From an uncultured Bacilli bacterium (GTDB taxonomy: Bacteria > Bacillota_I > Bacilli_A > RF39 > UBA660): 64,000 nucleotides of DNA. The stretch lies in assembly GCA_910580185.1 (NCBI GenBank), contig CAJTWC010000003.1, forward strand, positions 103,093-167,092, read 5' to 3'. The notes below the pieces were generated by a model. It saw nothing but the letters and a program-made list of their open reading frames with translations, made no database searches and was not told the origin of the DNA. Numbering within the stretch: position 1 is the first letter of the stretch; each line of letters begins with the position of its first letter. This document shows positions 50,651-59,674 of this stretch, one piece after another. Made by a program: the position numbers and the translations under genes.

Positions 50651-51270
50651 TATAACCCCATTTTCTTAACATAATCATTACATTCTTTGATGATTAAATC
50701 ATATATTTGTTTGTCTGTATAATTACTAGCTTTATCTAAACTACAGCCTGTATAAGTTAATCCTTTTTCATAGTCTGACAACCAAACCAAGCCGCCAAAC
50801 ACATTAAATAATTCACTTCCAAAAAATCTTATTGTTTCTTCTTGTGCTTCCTTTAAATTACCCGAACCATGAGCAGCATTTTTATATACTTTTTCTCTAT
50901 CGCCAAACTTACCTCTTATTGTATTCGGTGAAGCCTCCCAACTATTAGTACAACCTAAAATATCTCGATATTTTTTTATCGCATTTCCTTCTGGATCATA
51001 TATAAGCATCATTAACACTGGACCACTTTTTAAACTTTTCTTTAAGAATTTAAAATCTTCTGGGTATTTTTCTTTTACATGAGAATAATTTTCATCAATT
51101 AATTCGTCAGTTAACATATCACATTTGTAATAGCGTATTTTAAGTCCTGAACTTAAAATCATTTTAACAATTTCTTCTTTATTCTCCATACCATCTGGTT
51201 TTATCATACCATAAGTATAATAAGAGTTTTCTTTTGAATTAAATTCAATTGTTTCGTTTATCTTAAACAT
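50650..51270 (-). CDS. divergent nucleoside-diphosphate-kinase-like protein
   Basis: YGMIKPDG, GPVLMMLI, PNTIRGKFG, NAAHGSGN align with NDK motifs (TF.MIKPDG, GPVVAMV, PGTIRGDF, NVIHGSD catalytic His) but with extensions at both termini. Confidence 0.5.
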   Translation of the reverse strand: MFKINETIEFNSKENSYYTYGMIKPDGMENKEEIVKMILSSGLKIRYYKCDMLTDELIDENYSHVKEKYPEDFKFLKKSLKSGPVLMMLIYDPEGNAIKKYRDILGCTNSWEASPNTIRGKFGDREKVYKNAAHGSGNLKEAQEETIRFFGSELFNVFGGLVWLSDYEKGLTYTGCSLDKASNYTDKQIYDLIIKECNDYVKKMGL

Positions 51271-51434
51271 TTTAAATTCCTCCCATTCATTAATAATTAC
51301 TATAACAAAAATGATAAGAATAGTAAATAAATTTGTAAAAAATAAAACTTTATCATGTGCGTGTTAGTAAAATTAAGTTTTTTTTGATATAATAATAAAA
51401 GAATTATAGTAATTCCTAGAAAGAAGGTTTAATA

Positions 51435-52445
51435 ATGGATGAATTATTTGACATTGTTGAAGATGAAACATTATCTTTAGATGATGAAACTGAAAATACT
51501 AAAAATAATGATATTATAGATAAAACTAAAAATGACAGTATGTTAGAAAAATATGGTGAAAATTTAAGTGTAAAAACATACGTAACAAATCCTGCTATCG
51601 CAAGAGAAAAAGAAATAGAAAAAACCATTCTTACAATACTAACACCAGATAAATCAGCAATATTAGTTGGTAAGGCTGGTATTGGTAAAACTGCAATTGT
51701 TGAAGGTATTGCATATAGAGTTCAAAATGATAACGTACCTGATGCTTTAAAAGGTTATAATATAATTAAGGTTAATACCTCTTCTTTACTAGGAACGTAC
51801 ATAACAGAAACTGGAATTGAAGAGCTTAGAATAAACGTATTATTAAAAGAAGTAGAAAAAGAAGAAAAAATCATATTATTTATAGATGAAATTCATACCC
51901 TTGTTATTGAATCTAGAAATTCTGGAGTAGACTTTGTAAATGCTATGAAGCCAGCATTATCAAGAGGCGATGTAAAGGTAATTGGCGCAACAACACTTGA
52001 TGAATATAATCAGTATTTAATTAGAGATAAAGCTTTTTTAAGGCGTTTTGAAAAAATAGACGTAGCAGAGCCTAGTGCAGAAACCACCGTTCAAATATTA
52101 ATGGGATCTTATCCAAAGATAGAAAAACAAACAGGTGTTAAACTTGCCTACTCTAGTTTCGTTATCGAAAACATAATGAAATTTATTGTAAATATGACAA
52201 GTGAATATAAAAGAGTTTATGAGCTTGGATCGAGGTATCCAGATAATGCTTTATCATTACTTTCTAAAGCATTTAGTTATGCAAAGTTTGATAATAGCCA
52301 GTTTGTTACGTTTAAGCATATATATAAAGCTATTATGAATTGCCAAAGTGTATATTCTGACGTAATAAAAAAAGAAGCAGAAGCTTTTAAAGAAGAATTT
52401 AAAGATTTTCTAGAAAAAGAAAACGTAGATTTAAATGATTATTAA
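51435..52445 (+). CDS. standalone Clp ATPase D1-like AAA+ domain protein (no N-domain, M-domain or D2)
   Basis: [57 protein letters not shown]...ILFIDEIHT...[31 protein letters not shown] parallels ClpB/ClpC D1 (FGRDLT...[18 protein letters not shown]...FIDELHT...[23 protein letters not shown]) but is only 336 aa. Confidence 0.6.
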   Translation: [336 protein letters not shown]

Positions 52446-52458
52446 AAAGAAGATAAAA

Positions 52459-52974
52459 TTATTTATTTATCTTCCTTTTCTTATATGAAACAAATTTATA
52501 TGCTGGTTTTTCATCTAAGTGTTCTTCTATTATGGTTTTATCGTATAAATCATGATTTATCGTTGGAAAATATACGTCTGCTGAAGGACACTCATCATCT
52601 ATTTCGGTTAATATAAGTTCATCTGCAAGTGGTGCAAATTGTGAATATACAAAAGCTCCTCCTATTACGTATATATCATCATCTATTTCTCTTGCTTTTT
52701 CGAAAAATTCATCTAAGCTTCTAAGCACTATAACACCCTTTGGAAATTCATAATCATCATCATTTAGGACCATATGAGTTCTATTGGGTAACATCTTAGG
52801 TAAAGATAAAAAAGTATTTTTACCCATTACTACGTGATGACCGGTTGTATTTTCCCTAAAAAAGCGTAAATCTTCTTTAATGTGCCATATTAAATCATTG
52901 TTTTTTCCAAGTTCGTTATTTTTACCTATCGCTGCTATTACAATTAATCTTTTCATAACTCTCCTACTGCGCAA
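52459..52974 (-). CDS. folA: dihydrofolate reductase
   Basis: IAAIGKNNELGKNNDLIWHIKEDLRFF plus GKNTF motif; paired with thyA. Confidence 0.85.
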   Translation of the reverse strand: MRSRRVMKRLIVIAAIGKNNELGKNNDLIWHIKEDLRFFRENTTGHHVVMGKNTFLSLPKMLPNRTHMVLNDDDYEFPKGVIVLRSLDEFFEKAREIDDDIYVIGGAFVYSQFAPLADELILTEIDDECPSADVYFPTINHDLYDKTIIEEHLDEKPAYKFVSYKKRKINK

Positions 52975-53866
52975 TTGGGAATTTAATTGGTCCCATATGC
53001 TTATAATTTCTTATTTCAACGTCTTTTATATCTCTTGAATTATCATATTCTTTAAAATCCTTAACCTCTGGGTTAAGCCATAATGTAGGTGCTTCATAAT
53101 CACCATTCTCATCAAATCTTCTTATTTGTTCTTTAATACCATCTACTTGATTAACATATATATGAGCATCTTTTATGCTCCAATCAAGGGTACCAGGTTC
53201 TAATCCTGTTGTTTTAGCAATCATGCATAAAAGTGTTGCATACTGCGTTACGTTAAAAGGAAGGCCTAATGGGACATCACAACTTCTTTGGTGTACTAAG
53301 GCATTTAGTTTGCCATCAGTAACGTCCCACTCTGATGACCAAACACAAGATGGCAATACCGCGGTATCTAAATAATCATCTTGCCATAAGCTTAACACGC
53401 ATCTTCTATCAGTTGGATTATTTTTAATCATACCGATTAACTTGTCAATAAGTCCAAACTTATTGACAATGTAACCATATGCAGTTCCAATGGTATGAGC
53501 TTTATCTTTGCCAAAATGTTTAACTACTTCTTTCTTGGTTAATTTACCATCTTCTCCTATAACATTTTGGATTGCTTTCCAGTTACCCTCTTCGTTTATT
53601 TCCCATTCGTCCCAAATATGAACATCTCTTTCTTGTAACCATCTAACATCATTAGATTTAACTTGATAAATCCAAAGCATTTCAAGTATTGCCTGTCTAA
53701 AATATAGCTGTTTCGTAGTTAATACCGGAAACTCTTTTCCCAAATCAAAATGAAAATGCCATGAAGGAATTTTAATAGTATTTATTCCAGTTCTATTTTC
53801 TACTTCTGTTCCATTTTCTAATATTTCTTTACATAGTTTTATATAATCTTTATCCCACTTAGTCAT
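52964..53866 (-). CDS. thyA: thymidylate synthase (ThyA)
   Basis: LW(I/Q)YQ...SND, HIWDEW, catalytic region PSCVWSSEWDV...HQRSCDVPLGLPFN. Confidence 0.9.
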   Translation of the reverse strand: MTKWDKDYIKLCKEILENGTEVENRTGINTIKIPSWHFHFDLGKEFPVLTTKQLYFRQAILEMLWIYQVKSNDVRWLQERDVHIWDEWEINEEGNWKAIQNVIGEDGKLTKKEVVKHFGKDKAHTIGTAYGYIVNKFGLIDKLIGMIKNNPTDRRCVLSLWQDDYLDTAVLPSCVWSSEWDVTDGKLNALVHQRSCDVPLGLPFNVTQYATLLCMIAKTTGLEPGTLDWSIKDAHIYVNQVDGIKEQIRRFDENGDYEAPTLWLNPEVKDFKEYDNSRDIKDVEIRNYKHMGPIKFPIAQ

Positions 53867-53923
53867 AAGTACCTCCTATTGTTATCATATCTAATATAAT
53901 TATATCAAAGAGGTATCTTTATT

Positions 53924-55252
53924 TCAATTAATTTCATTAATTATTTTGTTAGCAACTTCGAAGTCAGAAAAATGATTTTTTGTATCTCCTATTATTTGGT
54001 AGTTTTCATGACCTTTTCCCAAAATCATAAGTATCATATTATCTTTTAACAATTCAAGACCTTTTTTTATTGCATCATACCTATCATATATCACTTCATA
54101 TTTTCCTTTTGCACCTTTTAGAATATCTTTCATTATTTTTCTTTCATCCTCACTTCTAGGGTTATCATTAGTAAATATAACATAATTAGAATATTTACAA
54201 GAAATAGAAGCCATAATTGGTCTTTTTTCTCTATCTCTATTACCACCACAACCTATGATTGTTATAATCCCTTTATTCTTAATCTTATTAACCGTTTTTA
54301 ACACCTTTAAAACCGCATCCGGTGTATGAGCATAATCAATAAATATAACGTTAGAATTGTATTTTATTTTTTGCATTCTACCAGGTGGCTCAGATAATAT
54401 ATAAAATTTATCCTTTATTTTACTTAAATCATATCCTAATTTATTTATTATGTAATATGCATATAAAAAATTGTATACGTTAAAATAACCAACCATTGAT
54501 AAAATTAACCCATGTTTTATTTTATCTTTTATAACAATACTTGTTTTATCCAAATAGTTTTTTACCGAAGTTATTTTTACATCTTTACCAATAATATAAT
54601 TGTTATTTCGTCTATTTTTAAACCTTTTATAGTATTTATCTTTTTTATTTAATATACATATTTTTTTGTTCTTTAACATATTTATAATTTTCTTTTTACT
54701 TTTTATATAATCTTTCATGTTTTTATGATAATCTAAATGATCTTGTGTTATGTTAGTAACACCAACCGCATCAAAAAGTAATCCATATAATCTTTCTTGC
54801 TTTAGTGCATGAGAAGATGCTTCCATAACTATTACATCACAGCCTTTTTCTTTAGCATCTAAAATCAAATTATATAGTATATCAATACTTGGTGTAGTAT
54901 TATCTAATTCTTTAACTAAACCATCTATATAAAAACCAATGGTTCCAATATAAGCAGTTTTAACACCAATATAGTTTAACATTTGATATATAAGATAACA
55001 AGTAGTTGTTTTTCCGTTAGTGCCCGTTATTCCTATTAATTTCATATCATTTATTTTATCATTATAAAAATCCTTTATGTAATCATTAATACTTTCTACT
55101 TTAATGGTTTTTATATCATATGTTTCATCAAGCTCCGTAATTATCTTTACCGCACCATTTTCTATTGCACTTGTTATATATTTTTCATTATCTTTACAGA
55201 CTAAAAAGTAATCACCATCTTTTACATATTTAGAATTTTTCCATAAACGCAT
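53924..55252 (-). CDS. murE: Mur ligase, most likely UDP-N-acetylmuramoyl-L-alanyl-D-glutamate-2,6-diaminopimelate/L-lysine ligase
   Basis: ITGTNGKTTT P-loop, DNTTP, DYAHTPDA, GCGGNRDREKRP, TNDNPRSEDE (MurE-type signatures); somewhat short at 442 aa. Confidence 0.65.
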   Translation of the reverse strand: MRLWKNSKYVKDGDYFLVCKDNEKYITSAIENGAVKIITELDETYDIKTIKVESINDYIKDFYNDKINDMKLIGITGTNGKTTTCYLIYQMLNYIGVKTAYIGTIGFYIDGLVKELDNTTPSIDILYNLILDAKEKGCDVIVMEASSHALKQERLYGLLFDAVGVTNITQDHLDYHKNMKDYIKSKKKIINMLKNKKICILNKKDKYYKRFKNRRNNNYIIGKDVKITSVKNYLDKTSIVIKDKIKHGLILSMVGYFNVYNFLYAYYIINKLGYDLSKIKDKFYILSEPPGRMQKIKYNSNVIFIDYAHTPDAVLKVLKTVNKIKNKGIITIIGCGGNRDREKRPIMASISCKYSNYVIFTNDNPRSEDERKIMKDILKGAKGKYEVIYDRYDAIKKGLELLKDNMILMILGKGHENYQIIGDTKNHFSDFEVANKIINEIN

Positions 55253-55297
55253 TTTATCACCTTCTATATTTGTTTATGAAATTATGTAAAAATGGGT

Positions 55298-55330
55298 ACA
55301 AAAAAAGAATAAACTATTATATTTATTCTT
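55298..55330. terminator. bidirectional terminator between murE start region and the retron RT 3' end
   Basis: AAGAATAAA-N9-TTATTCTT hairpin followed by T runs. Confidence 0.45.
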
Positions 55331-55337
55331 AAAAAAT

Positions 55338-56294
55338 TTATTTTAATTTATTTTGAATACTATTTTTAACTTTTTCCTTATAATTTATAAATTCCATGCT
55401 ATTTTTTTCTATTTGCAAAACAAAATTTATTCTACCAAGTAATTTTCTTAAATATAAATCTTTATCTTTTATTCCGATTCTATTTAAATGACTATCTATA
55501 CCATATTTTTTTATGTAGTATATTTCTTGTCTTATTTTCCTTTTATAACTTTTTCTTATATTTAGTTTTTCATTTACGACAATACCAGTTACTTGCTGCC
55601 TTGTTTTGTTACTTACTACTTTTATTTTTTCTTTATTTAACCTAAATCCTTCATTAAATAAACATTCATTAACATGTCTTATAATTTCTTTTACATTAAA
55701 ATCACCAGAAAACGTCATGTCATCAGAATACCTGGTATAAGAGATATTTCTTTTGCTGCAATAACGTCCAACATGTTCATCAAAATCTCTTAAAACCAAA
55801 TTAGATATGTACCCGCTGGTAGGAGCTCCCTGTGGTAACTTATTATTATAAACACATAAATTTGTAAGTAACATCCCTAGTTTTTTGGGATATAATGATT
55901 CATTAAAGCATGCGTTATAAACTTTATTAAACGTAATATTATCAAAGAAGTTTTTAATATCTAATTTTAATATTGTTTTTTGGTTTATATGCGGTATTGC
56001 ATTATTAGCCAAAGAAGTTTTCTTTTTATAAGCAGTAGCATACTTTGATATTATTCTTTCTTCTAATACGTTAGTTAAAATATTTTTTTGTATTTGTTTT
56101 AATGCTTTAGAAGATTCATTTAAAAATCTTAAACCACCTTTTTTCTTATGAATAATTATTTCTTCATAGTTAGAATCTATATTATTACTGATACCATATA
56201 AAATCTTATTAACTTTTTTGATATCAGATGAATTAACCAAATTAAAAGATAATAATAGTTCGTTATATTTATCAATCGTTAAATACTTAAACAT
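55338..56294 (-). CDS. retron-type reverse transcriptase
   Basis: RT motifs LDIKNFFDNI (1/2), LPQGAPTSG (4), YTRYSDDMTF (5, YxDD); retron hallmarks NAIPH (NAxxH) and RQQVTGIV (VTG); 318 aa; GGAGA RBS; flanked upstream by an msr-msd-like ncRNA. Confidence 0.8.
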   Translation of the reverse strand: MFKYLTIDKYNELLLSFNLVNSSDIKKVNKILYGISNNIDSNYEEIIIHKKKGGLRFLNESSKALKQIQKNILTNVLEERIISKYATAYKKKTSLANNAIPHINQKTILKLDIKNFFDNITFNKVYNACFNESLYPKKLGMLLTNLCVYNNKLPQGAPTSGYISNLVLRDFDEHVGRYCSKRNISYTRYSDDMTFSGDFNVKEIIRHVNECLFNEGFRLNKEKIKVVSNKTRQQVTGIVVNEKLNIRKSYKRKIRQEIYYIKKYGIDSHLNRIGIKDKDLYLRKLLGRINFVLQIEKNSMEFINYKEKVKNSIQNKLK

Positions 56295-56304
56295 ATTATC
56301 ATCT

Positions 56305-56495
56305 CCTTGTTGTAAGCAAAATACTATAATATACTTTAATTAGCGAAGTGTACTTTTAACTACATGAAATGTAGAATAGTACACTGAGCATTACAAGTAT
56401 AATATTTATATTTAGTTTTTCTTGTTTTAGCGACTCGCTAAAGAGACTTTTATATAAATAAAAATCAAACGCTATTTTGTGCTTACATGGTTATT
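56305..56495 (-). ncRNA. retron msr-msd non-coding RNA with a1/a2 inverted repeats
   Basis: Inverted repeats TGTAAGCAAAATACT (56311..56325) and TATTTTGTGCTTACA (56474..56489) bracket a roughly 150-nt region. It contains an msr-type hairpin TTTAGCGA-CT-CGCTAAA and a long msd-type hairpin GTGTACT..CTACAT-GAA-ATGTAG..AGTACAC. A conserved G follows a2 (AUAGCG). Sits immediately 5' of the RT start. Confidence 0.65.
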
Positions 56496-56691
56496 ATATA
56501 TTAAAATTATATTTTTTTAAACTAGTATTTCATTATTTCACATATGTTTTAAGTTTTGAAAATTTAAAAAAACACGCAAATCACTTGAATAAATGACTTC
56601 GTGTTTTTATAATACGTGTATTTTTTACTTTGAAACTAAAATATAACAGTTAATACTCAATCTTGCTTGATAACAAGTTATTAACACTTTA

Positions 56692-57207
56692 TTATGAATG
56701 TATCAACTCTTTATTATATTCTATACATTTTTCTTCTAATAATTTAAAGTTACAACATCTGTTAGATATTACCCTGTTTAGTTTTTTCGAAATATATAAA
56801 TCATATAATTTTTTACTTTTCTTTCTAACTTGTAAATTATGTTCATTAAGCCATGATAACTGATCTAGTAACAAATTATAATATTTAACATCGTCTAGTT
56901 TATTAGAATCATCCATATCAATCAGATAGTAATTATTATCTGATACCGGAATCATATTATTAAAGTTTAATGCACCAAGCTTACCATCTTCTATTTTTAA
57001 AAAGTCCATCATATTACGCATCACTTTATGTTTTTCTTTTGGACTTAATAATGGAGTGAAATATTTAATTTTATCTATTTCAAATAAAACACCAATGAAT
57101 GGTCTATTTTCTTTTTTAGAAAAATTATAAGGAACTCTTTTATCAAACTTTCTTAAATAGTCACAATATTTACTATCAACAATAACTAATTTCATTTTTT
57201 TATTCAT
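56692..57207 (-). CDS. ToxN/AbiQ-family type III toxin-like endoribonuclease
   Basis: 171 aa. KLVIVDSKYCDYLRKFDKRVP...FIGVLFEIDKIKYFTPLLSPKEKH...CCNFKLLEEK parallels ToxN/AbiQ (KYIEYLKEFDDKVP...FIGIVLEI..KYLAPLTSPKKWH...CNFSLLEEK). GGGGTGA RBS; own terminator downstream at about 56565..56610. Confidence 0.7.
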   Translation of the reverse strand: MNKKMKLVIVDSKYCDYLRKFDKRVPYNFSKKENRPFIGVLFEIDKIKYFTPLLSPKEKHKVMRNMMDFLKIEDGKLGALNFNNMIPVSDNNYYLIDMDDSNKLDDVKYYNLLLDQLSWLNEHNLQVRKKSKKLYDLYISKKLNRVISNRCCNFKLLEEKCIEYNKELIHS

Positions 57208-57261
57208 ATTATCACCCCTTTCTTCTTTGAATACAAATGTTCGTTATATATAGTAAAATAA

Positions 57262-57442
57262 AAAGCTAGCGTAAAATTAATTACTGCTAGCTAACTTTTT
57301 TAATTCCCAATTTAATGGCTGGGTTCACCGCTTTTTTCTGCTACCAAATAGTAGCATTAATATTATATGCAAATAAATTGCATAACATAATTTCTTATGT
57401 ACCTAAATATTACTATATATAAATTCATAAGTCAATGAATTT
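57262..57442 (-). promoter_or_regulatory. promoter (TTGACT-N17-TAATAT, 57414..57442) plus structured 5' leader of four short hairpins and a terminator-like hairpin (57272..57298) upstream of the ToxN-like gene
   Basis: Consecutive non-identical palindromes ACATAA/TTATGT, ATGCAA/TTGCAT, GCTAC/GTAGC, CCCA/TGGG, then GCTAGC-N15-GCTAGC plus T run; no tandem direct repeats found. Confidence 0.35.
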
Positions 57443-57499
57443 TAATAATTTTATATAAACAGAAATTTCTAACACAAAAAAGGAAAATAGTTTAAACTA

Positions 57500-59047
57500 C
57501 TATCTTCCTTCTATTTCTTTTAATTTCTTTTCTTTATCAATTCTTGCAAATAATACCTCTGGTTTCATATCACTATAAGTATTATTTTCGTTAAAGCAGT
57601 CTGTTTCATCTTTGATATTCAACTGTTTAAATATTTCATCAGAAGTCTTAGTTAAGAATGGTCTTAAGAAATATGCACACACTCTAATAGATTCTAATAA
57701 GTTATATAAAACAGTTTCTAACCTATCTTGTTTATTTTCTTCTTTAGCTAAGCTCCAAGGCATAGTTTCATCTATGTATTTATTACTACGTCTTAATAGG
57801 TCAAATATTTCATCAAGTGCAAAGCCAATTTCTAACCTTTCCATTCTTTTTTCTACTTTTGAATCTAAGTTATTAATCATAGAAATAAGTTCGTTATCCA
57901 CTTCTTCAGTTACTTTCTTATTAATAACTGTACCATTAAAGTATTTATTAGCCATCGATATTGTTCTATTAACTAAGTTACCTAATGTGTTAGCTAAATC
58001 AGTGTTTGTTCTTTCAATCAATAATTCATAAGTTAAATTACCATCGTTTGCAAAAGGTATTTCATGTAAAACATAATATCTTACCGCGTCTACTCCAAAT
58101 AAATCCACTAAGTCATCTGCGTATATGGTGTTTCCTTTACTCTTACTCATCTTATCAGAGTTAGTTAAAAGCCAAGGATGACCAAATACTTGTTTTGGCA
58201 GTTCAAGATCTAAACTCCATAAAAAACATGGCCAATATATGGTATGAAATCTTATAATATCTTTACCAATTAAATGAAGGTCAGCTGGCCACCATTTATC
58301 AAATTCTTCAGAAGATCCTTCTGGATCATAACCAATGTTTGTTATATAGTTAGTTAAAGCATCAAGCCACACGTATACAACGTGTTTTGGATCAATGTCT
58401 ACCGTTATTCCCCAATCAAACGAAGTTCTAGACACGCATAAATCTTGTAATCCCGGTTTAATAAAGTTATTTAACATTTCATTCTTTCTTGATTCAGGTT
58501 GTATAAATTCTGGATGAGATTCAATGTATTCTACTAATTTATCTTGATATTTAGATAATTTAAAGAAGTAAGCTTCTTCTTTTTTTTCTTCTACGTTCCT
58601 TCCGCAATCAGGACATTTACCATCTACAAGCTGCGATTCAGTCCAAAAAGATTCACAAGGAGTACAATAAAGTCCAGAATATTCACCTTTATAAATATCG
58701 CCTTTTTCATACATCTTATTAAATATTTTTTGAACTATTCGTTCATGCTTTGGATCAGTTGTCCTAACGAATTTATCATAAGATGTATTCATAACATCCC
58801 ATATTCTTTTTATTTCTGTAGCTACTTCATCTACAAATGCTTGTGGTGTAACACCTTTATCTTTTGCCTTAAGTTCTATTTTTTCTCCATGCTCATCAGT
58901 TCCGGTTTGAAAATATACATCATAACCTTTACTTCTTTTGTACCTTGCAATAGCATCTGCAAGTACTATCTCATAAGTATTTCCTATATGAGGTTTACCT
59001 GAAGTATAAGCTATTGCAGTTGAAATATAATATTTTTTATTATTCAT
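57500..59047 (-). CDS. metG: methionyl-tRNA synthetase (short form without C-terminal tRNA-binding domain)
   Basis: HIGH-type motif AYTSGKPHIGNTYE, zinc knuckle CPDCG, KMSKS motif KMSKSKGN; 515 aa. Confidence 0.95.
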   Translation of the reverse strand: MNNKKYYISTAIAYTSGKPHIGNTYEIVLADAIARYKRSKGYDVYFQTGTDEHGEKIELKAKDKGVTPQAFVDEVATEIKRIWDVMNTSYDKFVRTTDPKHERIVQKIFNKMYEKGDIYKGEYSGLYCTPCESFWTESQLVDGKCPDCGRNVEEKKEEAYFFKLSKYQDKLVEYIESHPEFIQPESRKNEMLNNFIKPGLQDLCVSRTSFDWGITVDIDPKHVVYVWLDALTNYITNIGYDPEGSSEEFDKWWPADLHLIGKDIIRFHTIYWPCFLWSLDLELPKQVFGHPWLLTNSDKMSKSKGNTIYADDLVDLFGVDAVRYYVLHEIPFANDGNLTYELLIERTNTDLANTLGNLVNRTISMANKYFNGTVINKKVTEEVDNELISMINNLDSKVEKRMERLEIGFALDEIFDLLRRSNKYIDETMPWSLAKEENKQDRLETVLYNLLESIRVCAYFLRPFLTKTSDEIFKQLNIKDETDCFNENNTYSDMKPEVLFARIDKEKKLKEIEGR

Positions 59048-59513
59048 TATTATCAGCTCCTTTATATATAATATTATTTTTATAATTATTAACTATGTTT
59101 TTTGATGGCATACATAAGTTTTCTGGTAAATCATTTATATCAAAAAACTTATAATCTACGTGTTCTTCTGAATTACCAAGTGATATATTTCCTTTATAAC
59201 CTTTTGAGGCAAGACCAATGGTAACAAAATGAGCATAATCATTTATATCATCCGCGATGGATATTATTTTAGGGCTTTCAATATCGAGGTTAGTCTCTTG
59301 CTTAACCTTTCTTATCGCTGCTTCTATTATCGTTTCTCCATGCTTCACTTTTCCTGCAGGAAAAGTCCATGTTCCTTCTAAACGCATATCACTATCGGCT
59401 TTTTTAGCATCATCATTTCTTAATATTAAAAGTACTTTACCTTCTTTATTAAATATCATAACTCCAATTCCAACGCCTGGCATTATATCACCTTCTTTTA
59501 TTCTTCTTGCCAC
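59040..59513 (-). CDS. NUDIX hydrolase, co-transcribed with metG; start probably MPGVGIGV
   Basis: NUDIX box GKVKHGETIIEAAIRKVKQETNL. Confidence 0.75.
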   Translation of the reverse strand: MARRIKEGDIMPGVGIGVMIFNKEGKVLLILRNDDAKKADSDMRLEGTWTFPAGKVKHGETIIEAAIRKVKQETNLDIESPKIISIADDINDYAHFVTIGLASKGYKGNISLGNSEEHVDYKFFDINDLPENLCMPSKNIVNNYKNNIIYKGADNNE

Positions 59514-59674
59514 CCTCTAAATTTATTCTTATTACCTTAACTTCGTTTTTTAATGGAAAAAGACTTTCCTTTTCAACATAAGTTACGCCTTTTGGGTAAA
59601 CAACTAAATTATTTTTTTCATGCTTACTTAAAAACGTCCTAAATTTAAAATTCAAAATAATCCCTCCAATAAAA

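Noticed and set aside
55338-56294. Group II intron or Abi-type RT as an alternative identity for the RT
   Set aside because: Too short for an intron maturase (no X/En domains, no intron RNA domains visible). The presence of a1/a2 repeats, an msd-like hairpin and NAxxH/VTG motifs fits a retron better.
57208-57460. ToxI-like tandem direct-repeat RNA antitoxin upstream of the ToxN-like gene
   Set aside because: Searched by eye for 30-40-nt direct repeats and found none, only distinct short palindromes. Not callable as ToxI without a computational self-alignment.
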